64,000 nt of DNA from Lama glama. Taxonomy: Eukaryota. A model generated the notes under the pieces. It saw only the letters and a program-made list of their open reading frames with translations, ran no database searches and was not told the origin of the DNA. Position numbers and translations under genes: made by a program. How positions within the stretch are numbered: position 1 is the stretch's first letter; every line of letters begins with the position of its first letter. Shown here one piece after another: positions 1 through 10,707 of this stretch. The DNA lies in assembly GCA_028534125.1 (NCBI GenBank), contig CM052817.1:84508001-84572000 (forward strand), read 5' to 3'.

Positions 1-344
1 CAAATAAATCACAATCTGATCAAGTTACCCAACTGAATTCCTTTCAGTGATTCCTAAAATCTGTGCAAAGGTCCAAACTCCTTAACACACAGCAGAGGAG
101 GCCCTTCACCATCTAGCCGAATTCTTCCCTTTCAGCTCCACATGCCAGTTTCCTATATACACCATATTCCATTCAAGCCAACGTGCTTTCAAATTTTTTA
201 CAAAGCACATTCCTAATCCCTTCAGTGTTGCAAATAGTGTTCTATTTGCTTACACAGTTCTTTACCTAGTAAATTCATATTAGTATTTCAAGTTTCAGCA
301 CAAATGGCACCTTCCTTGACCACAGTAAATTATAACCCTGTAAT

Positions 345-625
345 TGTTAATATTTGTTTAGCACTATGTGTCGGACACTATCATAAATCCTTTATATATT
401 GTAACACTCATTTAATCATTCCAACAACCCTGTGAGGAAACTGAGGCAAAAAAAGTTAGTCGTTGCTACCACTTCAGCATATATATGGAATTTACAGATT
501 TTCCTCCTCAAATTAAATTCTTGGAGGGTAGAACAGTCCTCCTTACCCGTGTAGTATCTATGCTTGTATAGCGCTTGGCACGTAACAGAAATAGGAGGCG
601 CTCAATAAACAATCTTTGAATAAAT
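345..625. mobile_element. MIR fragment followed by an L2 3'-end fragment
   Basis: MIR core-like CTCATTTAATC...AACAACCCTGTGAGGAAACTGAGGC; L2 tail-like TAGGAGGCGCTCAATAAA...TGAATAAATG. Confidence 0.6.
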
Positions 626-946
626 GGCCAGAGCTGTGCTTCTAGGTTCTAACTGCAGCTGGAAACTATTCTGGCCATTAGCCCTCTAATTTCTCCAGAG
701 CATGCGAGGAGCATAACAAACATGCCTGTAACAGAGTCCCATATAAGCGTAAGGAACCTGGAAGTATTTACCAAACGGTTTTAAAGTGTATACACATCCT
801 CATATATACCACCAAGCTTTTTCTGCAGCTTTTTAAAGTTTTTGCAAATTTCTAGGCACCAAACAGGCACTCAGAAAATATTAGTTAACAATGACGGTAT
901 TAAACGTTACATTTAAGAATTCTCAATCAAGGAATACAGAGCTTAC

Positions 947-980
947 TTTGTTCTCGCGGGAAGTCGATTTCTGTGTCTAT
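947..980 (-). CDS. SCLT1: SCLT1 exon-1 coding-homologous segment (sodium channel and clathrin linker 1); start codon reads ATA; rest of the gene lies left of the window
   Basis: Minus strand reads ATA GAC ACA GAA ATC GAC TTC CCG CGA GAA CAA A|GTAAGC = (I)DTEIDFPREQ, matching the recalled human N-terminus MAAEIDFLREQN. It is 34 nt long with a canonical GTAAG donor starting at 946, and is head-to-head with C4orf33 as in other mammals. Confidence 0.8.
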
Positions 981-1029
981 TTGGAAACAATTTTAGTTGG
1001 GAGCATTCACCACCTTTTCTCAAAAAGAC

Positions 1030-1650
1030 ACAAAGCTCGCTGTGCGGGAAAACAAAAGTAACGAAACGCTTCGGAGGTTGTTTGGCACTGGAGCGGTGTA
1101 ATTAGCATCCTACTCACGCGGCGTCAATAGCCCCGCGGCGTCTCCTTCCCCAGAGTCCCAGCCGAACCCCTCGCTCAAAAGACACTACAAATTTCTGGTT
1201 TGCTGGGGACCCGCCACGTGAATTCTGTTCCACGTCCACTCGAATCTCAGCCAGGTGGGACCAGGGACGCGAGTGGATATATGCGTCCCGCGGGTCACTC
1301 GGGGTCGTGTAGGGCCACTCAGGAGAGCGCCGAGGAAGCCGGCGGGCAGCCCGGTGGCGGCGTCCTTGGCAGAACGACGAGCGACTTCAGGACGGCCGGG
1401 AAGCCCGACGCCAGCAGCGGAAGTCCACTCGGCCCGCCCTGCGACTTTGAAACCGGTGCCCCAGACCGCTCCTTGGAGACAGTGACGCCGCCTGCGTCAT
1501 CACGCTGGCGTCAGCGCTTGCGTCGCCGCGCTTCCCGGAGTTCTCTCACACTATTGGCTACCTGCAAAGCGAGGGGCGGAGCTGTGGGAACCTGGATGAC
1601 AGCTTGTTTAGCCACCTGTGTGGTAGCCGGCAAGCTGGGGCGGGGGTAGA
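1030..1650. promoter_or_regulatory. CpG-island promoter of SCLT1, probably bidirectional
   Basis: High GC and CpG density; ETS motif CGGAAGT 1418-1424; CRE/ATF half-sites (TGACG/CGTCA) ~1483-1513; inverted CCAAT 1553-1557; GC boxes ~1573-1581 and 1637-1645. Confidence 0.8.
1142..1230 (+). repeat. Local duplication, copy 1 (probable source, in the SCLT1 5' region)
   Basis: About 80% identical by eye to 1921-2011; shared blocks include GGTTTGCTGGGGACCCGC and GTGAATTCTGTTC. Confidence 0.85.
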
Positions 1651-1920
1651 GGGGGAGGTAATTTTTTTCCCTTTTATTCCTTTTTTTTTTTTTAAAGAAG
1701 CCCTCCCAAATGTAAACATAGGTAGGGCATTAAATACATACTTTAAATTCCCCAGTATCTTTGTTACCTAGCATTTCAGACTGAGAGAACCCGCTGGCCA
1801 AAGCGGGTGGGTGGAAAGCATGCAGCTTTCTGCGTCTGGGGTTGGAACCCAGACTGGCGTCTTCAGAGTCTACATCCAAGGCTGTCCCTCTGGAGGATTT
1901 CTGGGTATGAATTTAGTTAT

Positions 1921-2011
1921 CTCCTTATCCCGAGTCCCAGTCGAGTCCCTCGCTCAGGGTAGACACTTCAGATTTCGGGTTTGCTGGGGACCCGCGAAGT
2001 GAATTCTGTTC
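1921..2011 (+). repeat. Local duplication, copy 2, flanked by the direct repeat TGAATTTAGT
   Basis: Aligns to 1142-1230; TGAATTTAGT occurs at 1908-1917 and 2023-2032. Confidence 0.85.
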
Positions 2012-3849
2012 ACTAAATTCTGTGAATTTAGTAATATCCAGAAGCTAAGGACGTGGGTCTTTGGAGAAAGGACACAGTTGTTGTTTAAATAGTTAACTGT
2101 GTGCTAATTAGGCATGCAGTACTCCAAAGGTCCTGCAAATTCAGCAGCTATTTCTTTAGAGAAAACCGCGCCCTCAAAAAAGAAGAAAAGACTAAAGTTA
2201 CATTTTTTTGCAAGAAAAAAAATTAGGTAAAACTTTACATTGCAGCTGGATTATAATTCCCATTTTTAAAAACTGACTTTGTCTAGATTTTAAACCTCAT
2301 CATTTTCTTTAAACAGTTAACATTAGGGGAAATTTCAGTGCTAGCAATAATAACTAACTTGAAGCCAGCCACCGTTCTAGTGATTTTTTAATCGAATAAG
2401 TTTTTATGAATTAAGGTAAAGTTCCTGAACAGACATGTCATAGATGTAGCTCGATTTAGCTTCCTCTTTAACAGTTTAAGAAGTTTTTGTTGTCTTGTAC
2501 TCATAATGTTATATAAAGAAATGTTAGCAGAATGTGTTAAGAAGTTTTAAAAATGAGCCCAGCTGTGTCCAATTAGGTATTTGCTGTTACAAGTTTTCTC
2601 TATACTCACTATTAAGAGAATGAGATGGTCCCTTCCTCTAAAGACTGATTGTTAAATACGGAGGTATATCTAATAACCATAAAAAGCTTACTTTAACTCT
2701 AAGGTAGTGAAGATTGAACTTGATCTGATTTTTAGTGGCCATGAAGTTAACACAAAACTTCTTAGAAAGAGAAATTGATGAGTGCAAGCTCCAACTCTTT
2801 TTTGAAGGTCAGTGTATGACTTCTTCATGAACAATGTTTTTGATTCTCCAAGGACTTGTTTGTAACTTCCCTTACATTTGAACCTTGTATGTTGTCATAG
2901 TGTGATTTAACTTGGCACCAAACAAGTAGTTATAAATTTAACTTTACATTTACGCTATAAGTTGGTAAGATATTAGTGTGGGTAAAAACAAACAGTGCTT
3001 TCTGGATGTAAATAATGAGGTGGTCTTTGCACTGCATAAATTAAGCATCTGAAATTTGAATTATTTGGCCTATGTGATCAAGGTCAATACAAACTATAGT
3101 TCTGGGGTTCTGAGGTGTGGTGTGTTTTGGTTTTGGTTTTGGTTTTTATTGTTGTTACAAGATTTTTACTGGTTGACTTTTAATGAAGTACTTTCAAAGT
3201 AATTTTCATCTTTAAGAAACAAAATTGCTATGATTCCACCTGTCTTTAAAGTATCCCCTCTGGTGTTTTTCCTGTTTAAAGCTCCCCTTGTGTTTACCGA
3301 CTTACCCCAAGCTAGGTGCTTTCTTGTTACTTTCTTTGTGCTTGTACATGCAGTCTCTATCATATTGTTTTGTAGTTTGACTTCAAGCTACATCATACTA
3401 CCTGCAAAACAATGAGCACTCAATAAGTATCTGATGAAGGAATTAATTTAAAGAATTCGGTGAATGTGTATGGAAAGTAACTATTACTGTAATTGAGTAC
3501 AGGGAATGAAAAGGTGAGAAAAGTACTTAATATGTGTTTAAACATTCTCTAGTCACTAATTTATGTTTTTATATTAGATATATTTCTGCAGTAAGGAAAC
3601 CCCTTGAAAATTAATAGATTTCACTAATATTAATTTATGCCATAAATTGACATTGAGCACCAAATAGTATAGGGAAAGCATCATGAAGAATACAAAGTTG
3701 GAAATTTAAGCTAGGATCTAAACTTTATTTAACATTGACTGATATTATTAGGTGCCATGAAAAGTGATTTTTAAAAATTCCTTAATGAGTATATTTATTT
3801 GACCAACCAAGAGAAGGATGGCCTGGAAATTAAATTTCTCTTTTTAAGC

Positions 3850-4035
3850 TTGTCTTTTTTTATTATTATAATTATTGTAGTAGAAGACATATAACATGAA
3901 GTCTACTCTTAAAGTATAGAACACAATATTGTTAACTATATGCACATTGTTATATAAAAGATCTCTAGAACTGTTTCATCTTGCATGACTGAAACTCTAT
4001 ACCTACTGAACAACTCCCCATTTCTGTCTCCAACC
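3850..4035 (-). mobile_element. L1 3'-end fragment (L1MA-like)
   Basis: GATCTCTAGAACTGTTTCATCTTGCATGACTGAAACTCTATACC is typical of an antisense L1MA 3' UTR. Confidence 0.65.
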
Positions 4036-4133
4036 AAAAGTGATTTTTATAAAACAAAAATAATTGCTTTGTTAAAACAAACACTGCTGTGTCCCCCTCC
4101 AAGTTTTTAGAAGTATGTTACAAGCAGAATATT

Positions 4134-4189
4134 TTTAGGCTGAACCATATGAAATTGTTGACCAAAGTTTCAAATGGTTTAGCTTAATA
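4134..4189. mobile_element. Mariner-type MITE (MADE2-like), shortened internally
   Basis: Imperfect inverted termini TTAGGCTGAACCATATGAAA ... TTTCAAATGGTTTAGCTTAA. Confidence 0.7.
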
Positions 4190-4784
4190 CTTCAACTGAA
4201 AATATTTGAATAACGGCAAGACACCAATGTAATATCTACTTTTGCAAGTTGGGAGAAAATCGTAGTGTTTACCTAAACATGTAGAATATGCACACTCTCC
4301 TCAAAGTAGCTAGGAAGTTCAGGTGCAGTGACTCCTTGCTGATCCTTAGATCCTATTAGAAGTTTGGTAACTCTGAACAACTAAAATACAGAATGATTAT
4401 ATTATTTGGAAATATTGTAATTCGGTAAATTATTACCTTTTCTTGAAAAGTCTAAAACTTTATACATGATTATTTTATGAATTTAGTTCTAATCCTATAT
4501 GGAAACAGTAAGGTCAAACTGTCTTGGGTGAAAGAGACCCTAAATGATGGAAAGCAGGCTGATAAATGCTTAAACTGCTAGGATAGTTAAGACTGAGCCA
4601 ACCAGAACCATATCTGTAGAGCACTTAACCATATTTTCTCATCTCAAGGGTCAGACGATCCTGTCTCGCAGTCTAATTTCCTACAAGAAAACCACTTAAG
4701 AAACATGTAATTTTAATGATTCGAACAGAAAAATATTTTCTTTAGGCAAACCTATATACTTTGATAATAATAGAAAATCTTTTT

Positions 4785-4985
4785 TTTAGTACTGACCATG
4801 CACCAGGCATATATGTGTATATACACACACACACACACTTTATCCTCATAAAACTTTGCAAGGTAGGTGCTATTTTAAAATCCTTTTTACAATAACTTGC
4901 TGATGATCACATTTGCGAAGTGCCTAAACTGGGATTTGAACCCAGGCTATCTGATCCCAATGTTAGAATGTTAACCACTATGTTC
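4785..4985 (-). mobile_element. MIR with a short (CA)n tract
   Basis: CTGGGATTTGAACCCAGGCTATCTGATCCCA...TTAACCACTATG. Confidence 0.65.
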
Positions 4986-5199
4986 ATGCCTCCTAGTACT
5001 GTAATATAATTTACAGTTTTTGCTTATATAGCCTGTTAGCCTTTAGTTGCATTAAGTGAATCATTGCCGTACATATTCTATTGTTATCTTAATGATTTAC
5101 AGCTGATTTTTAAATTGTTGCACCATTTGAAATATTGCCGGGTTACCCTTCCTTCTCCTTCTAGAAAACCGCTCAAACTTCTGTGGAAGGATGGAAAGT

Positions 5200-5560
5200 C
5201 TTCCGAGGGTCACTGGCAGCCCTTCCACAGGCGTCTTTGCGTCAACGCTGGAGCCCCTCCCCCGGACGCGCGGGCAGCGGGGCGGAGCCTGGGCGGGGCC
5301 TTCGGCAGGGACCTCGGCGAAGGGAGCGCGCGAGTGTTGGACTGAGGAAAGCTTCCCGGTCTGTGTTGTCGTCTTCTTTGCGCTTTCTTCACTCGGTAAT
5401 TCCTCTCACCTTCTCCCAGCTTTGTTGGCTTTTTTCTGTGGCAACTTACTTTTCAGCTGCAACTTGTGCCGGCTCAGTTTACTCCCACTTTCGGCCTGAC
5501 TTCCTCATTTCTCCGTTTCTCTCTTAATTGGGCGGGGGGGGGGGGCGGCGGGGAGGGGGG
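5200..5560 (+). promoter_or_regulatory. C4orf33: Second CpG island: likely main C4orf33 promoter and non-coding first exon (candidate donor CG|GTAATT at 5395/5396)
   Basis: CpG-rich; GC boxes GGGGCGGAGC ~5279-5288 and GGGCGGGGC 5291-5299; 5 kb upstream of the first coding exon. Exon limits are inferred. Confidence 0.65.
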
Positions 5561-6379
5561 AGAAGGCTTCAAACTGAAGAGATAGTTATTGTGGAAAACT
5601 TAAAAAAAAAATTCATGAAAAGAATTTGTAAATTGGAAAGAATTTGGAAATTCTCCTCACAGACTGTTCTGTTGAGAAAGCACTTTTTCCACAACTTCCT
5701 TCTTTACCTTTAACTTCTTTAGCTTTGTGGAATTTTTTTTCCTCTCCAGGCGCTTAATGCTCTGAGGTTCTATCTCCTTTCTCTTCCTTGATCTGCTTTT
5801 AAAGGTCTGTCCATACTACATGTAAAGCATGAAAATAATTTAAAAATTATTTTTCACTTTATTTGATGAAAGAATAATTTGAATAGAGGTTAAAATGTGG
5901 AAAAATACAGATTAACAATAAACATTCTTTTTAAGGACGTCTAAAAAGCCAACATTAAAATTGTATAAAAATAGGAGGGTCATCACCTTGAATGAATATA
6001 TTCCTTCAGTAATATTCCTGCTGTTCATTCAGACTTTTTAGAAATGTTCAGCATACATAATGTAAGAGAGAGAAAAGGAAGCCACCATACTCTGAGAAAC
6101 TCAGCCATAAATTGGACTTTAAAAAATATTTTAAATTATTCATTTATTTTTTAATAGTAATGCGTGCCTATCGTAGTATAAAATTCAAGTAGGTTAAGAA
6201 AAAAGTGAGACACTTGAAAGTAAATTTTGGTTCCTCTCCTGTCTCAGATAATTCTCTCCAAAGAGGCAATCGCTGCTACACTGGTTCCTTGTATATGCTT
6301 CTTGAGATAGTATATGCATTAAAAAGCATGTATACAAATAGCCTTCCTTTCTATTAAATAAATGCACACTTTTTTGCAC

Positions 6380-7390
6380 CTGGTTTTTTTTTTCCTTAAT
6401 GCGTTTTAGGTGTGTATGTAGAGTTGCCTCGCTCTTTTTAACAGCTATGTGGTGTTTTACTGTATGATACAGCATAATTTATTTACCAGTCCTCTGCTGA
6501 TGGGTTTTGGTGGGGGTAGATAATTAGGTTTATTTATTTATTTATTTTAATGGAGGTAGTTTTTTAATGGAGGATTGAACCCAGGACCTTGTGCATGCTA
6601 AGCATGCTCTACCACTGAGCTCTACCCTCTCCCCCTTGCTACTGATGGTTTTTAAGTTGCTTACAATGTTCGTTATTCTAAACAGTGTTACAGTAAATAT
6701 CTTTATACTTAATATCATTTTGAATAGGTGCAGGTATAACTCCTAGAACTAGACTTGTTGAGTCAAAGGTTATTTGCGTTTTTTATTTTGATAGATATTG
6801 AGGGGTTGCTCTTGACAGAGACTGTGATAGTTATGCCCCAACAGCAGTATGTGATTGTTTCTGTGTCCTCATTATCACAGCATCTTATCAAACTTTCTAT
6901 TCCTTTACAATCTTAGTGAAAGATAATAATTTTTTGTTGTTTTAGTTTGCATTTCTATCATTATAAATGAGGCCTGCCTTTCTGTGAACTGGCTGTTCAT
7001 ATCTTTATCCACTTTTCTGTTGGGGTAATCTTTTCCTTAGTGATTTCTAGGAAACCTTTAAACATTAAAGAAATTAGTTATATGTTGGAACTGTGAGTTA
7101 CAGGTGTTTTTTCCCCCAGGCTATCTTTGATTTCATAATGGTGGGGTTTTTTGGTGGAGGAAGTCAGATTTTGCTTTTATTTTTTAAATTTCTGTATAGC
7201 TAAATGTATCAGTCTCTAATGGCTTCTGGGTTTGGGGTTATATTTTAAAAAGGATTTTTCTACTATAAGATCATCTTTTAAAAACAGCCTCCCTTCTTTT
7301 TTCTTTCTTGTATTTATATGATGTGATTTTTATGTTTAGATTTTTGATTGGTTTGAAACTTAGCTTGGTATAGAGATCCAACTTTATTAA
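6380..7390 (-). mobile_element. Old L1 (L1ME-like) fragment interrupted by a SINE
   Basis: Degenerate antisense L1 motifs such as CCTAGAACTAGACTTGTTGAGTCAAAGG and GTTCATATCTTTATCCACTTTTCT. Confidence 0.55.
6509..6635 (-). mobile_element. tRNA-derived SINE, camelid vic-1-like
   Basis: GATTGAACCCAGGACCTTGTGCATGCTAAGCATG..CTACCACTGAGCT = antisense Pol III B and A boxes; (TTTA)n tail; degenerate flanking repeat CTGATGG(G)TTTT. Confidence 0.8.
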
Positions 7391-10300
7391 ATCAGGCTGC
7401 AAAATGAACCAATCGATAATGCATCAACATGAGACCTGTTGATTACTTACATGAAAATGATCCCTAGTCCCCACAGACTTTCTCATACTTCATTTCTCCA
7501 GCACCTTGTATGGTGCCTGCAACAAAATGAGTAGAAAACTAATTTGGAAGGAACTTTCTAGATGTATCATCTTAGGTATTTGCCATTGTTTTGATGGTGT
7601 TGAAAGAGGTAATATCACTAACACAGTTGATTTCTCCTGCATAAAATCTCAGAATCATGAAATTTTGGATCCAGAGACTAGAACAGTTTTTCACTCAACA
7701 AATAAATACTTTCTTATTCCTATTACTTACAGGCATTCTAGCTGGGAATGGGGAGACAATAAACAACATGACATGCAGTATAAGTATTGTGAATCAAAAC
7801 AACAGTGTATGGGCAATATGGAGTGACAGGGATTGGAATGCTGCACGGATACACACTAGCCCAGGTCGTGAAGGATGCTGGCAGTTGAATTGTCTGTACT
7901 TCATAAGAGCACATGTGTGAACAATGAAAATTGAAAGGTGATGCGGGTTAAACCTCTACAATCCTAATCCAAGGGTCCCCAGGGAGTTGAAAGACGAATC
8001 AGTTGTCTCTGGGTCCATTTTATCTTTAGATTAGATCATAAACTAGTGGGCAGGACTATAATTTTTAGGTTGATTTTTTAAAATAAATATGTGCATTTAG
8101 ATTAGCATGAATATTCTTTAAGCAAATGAACAAATTTGTTGTGGTAAGAATCTAAAGTCATTTTGTACAGTGAAAGCCAAAATTATATCCTACACTTGGA
8201 CACGTCAGCTGTGGCACTCCTTCCTACTAGTGGAAGTCTAGTCGATATTTCTTGCAATAATTTTCAAACAACGCTTAGAGGAAAAGGCAGAAGTAACCAG
8301 TAGAAACCACTACCTTATACTGTCAACAAGAGTAGCTCTGCTTTTATAGTTTATTTCTTCTTATCTTCCAGTTAGGATTGCATTTTGAAGTAATTTGAAA
8401 CCTCACTCTGGCTATGAGACCTATTATATGTGCATGAAAGTGACAGACCATGTTTAGGACCACATCACTGGATATGGTGTAATTCCATTTAGGCGTAGAG
8501 ATGATTGCCTAAGAGAGATGGGAGTTGAAAATTCCCTGGTAGAAACCTACTAAGTAGGATAAGGATCCTTTTAACGTGTGCAGCATTTTCTGTGGATATG
8601 TTGGTTATGTGGAGAATGAATGACTCTACCAAAACTCCCTAGTTGCTGAGCTATGTTTTGCCAGGACTGTCAGAATTCTCTAGCCCTAACTTAGGAGAGT
8701 AGCATATTCTCTCAGCATATTGGTGTCAGAATCAGATTAAATCATCATTTCTAATAACTTGATTTATTCTTATTTCTCCCTATCTGCTGCAAGAGGGTAC
8801 TTACTTACTAGTACCAGAATTTGGGGTAGAAGGTAATATATTTATTTTTGAAGAATGTGCCTTGATATTTCAACTAAAGAAAATAAGTTTTTTATTAAGG
8901 TGTTCTATTCCATGCAAATCCGGGCTTAATTTCACATAAATCAGAATCTCTATACAGTCTTATTGTTCACTGAGCTTATTTCAATGATGAAGAATGTAAA
9001 TTGCTTAACCTATCCTCTTTTAATATGCCTTTATTTGCAGATGGGTTGTAATACCAGAACTATTTTTTAATTTTAGAGGTTATCTATTAAAATTTGCTAG
9101 CACATAGTGAAAATTGAAAAAAGTTACATACTTTAGAAAAAGGTTTTCAGAGATCTTGGATTCTTTATGTGACCCAGAGCTTGTATATTTGGTTCTCCAA
9201 GTGCTTGACACATTGTAAAGTACTCAAAATATACTCACTGAAATAAATGTATTTAAGTATCTTTATATGAAACCATCACACTGTTCACCTTAAATATATA
9301 AATCTGTCAGTTATACCTCAGTAAATCTAAAAATAATTTTTTAAAGAGATAAATTTCTTCAAAATGTAAAACTTTATTACTTGCAGTAAAAATAACATGA
9401 AGCAAGGAAATGCATCCAGAGACTTCAGATACGAAAAATTACAGCCTGGAAATATCATCATTTACTAATCAAGGTTATCTTTTGGACAAGACATAAGGAC
9501 CTAGTATAATTTGGGGGGATCCACCTCTCCTGAAATAAGGTTTTCATCTCTTTGCAGATTCCTGAAATGTCTTCATCTAGGATGGCATGGCTGACATTGA
9601 TTCGATTTCTTGATTTACTAGCCATCTGACCTTGGACAAGTCTGTTTCTTCATTTGTAATGAGGATAATAATACTTCTTCAACAAGTTTTTGTGAAATTA
9701 AATGAGATGATGTTTATAAAACACCTGATCCATAGTGTTCAGCAAAACGTAATTTTATTAATATAATACTATGTCCTCCCCTTTAATCCTTGGAGAAATA
9801 ATTAAAATGCAAATACTGTTTGTGTCAAATGAACTTAGTCTATTTCATAGTTTAAATGATAGCAGATTTTTCCCCATGTTTCAGTGGAGAGAAGGAAGTA
9901 ACAAAGCAAATGGTCATTTAGCACTTGAAATAACATAAATTGAAAAGGCTAAGAAAATCTATACCCCGAGATCAAGAAAGACAATATTAAACTCTGCTTA
10001 CCTTCAAATGATTGAAGTCCCCCTCCACTCCTAGCTTAAAAAGAGAAGAGTTTTAGCCGAAAGAACAAGTGTTAACTGCAATGCTTGTACTCATTTATTG
10101 AGACTTTAAAAAATCAAATTGAATTTTATTGTAAAGATATTGACTCCCATGAGATCCAGTAATTCATCTGCATGACAAAGCATGACATATAAACTCATAG
10201 TGCTAATAGTTAAGTACATGAACAACTTGCAGTAGATTTAATTACAGTTCTTAAAAATGATTTTGATACAGTCTTTACAAGGTAACATGAGCTAGATCTA

Positions 10301-10526
10301 GACTTAAAGCTTTTAGGATACAACCACCTACTTTATAATTGAATTCCATGTCTGTGATTTGCCATAGCACAAATGATCTTTTGAGTCTCAGAACTGTGTT
10401 CTTTTCACTCTGCTGCCTTCCTACCTGCTATGTGGCTTTGAACTTTTCATTTTGTTTCATCTAAAGGAAACATTTGTAAATTGTTAAAGAGCTTGTTTTC
10501 ATTCTTTTTCCCTTTAGAGTCTTCAG

Positions 10527-10707
10527 ATGGATTTTAAAATTGAACACACTTGGGATGAGTTTCCAGTGAAGCATGAGCCAGTGTTTGTCAGGGTGAATCC
10601 GGGTGATGGAGGAGTGATGATGGAAATTAGTGCTCCATTTTTCAATGATCCTCCAGCCCCACTAGGAGAACCAGGAAAGCCTTTCAATGAACTGTGGGAT
10701 TATGAAG
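10527..10707 (+). CDS. C4orf33: C4orf33 (UPF0462 protein) coding exon 1
   Basis: [20 protein letters not shown]...PFNELWDYE matches recalled C4orf33. Acceptor AG at 10516-10517 (a second AG at 10525-10526); donor G|GTAAGT; 181 nt. Confidence 0.96.

Noticed and set aside
1200..1649. 149-aa ORF and overlapping ORFs in the first CpG island
   Set aside because: Non-ATG start, low-complexity GC-driven composition and no recognisable homology; typical of promoter islands.
5064..5713. Cluster of 60-114 aa ORFs in the second CpG island
   Set aside because: Stop-poor GC-rich DNA; no family resemblance or consistent exon structure.
6565..6635. tRNA-like sequence
   Set aside because: It is a SINE head with an AT-rich tail, not a tRNA gene; the same applies at ~32205-32279.
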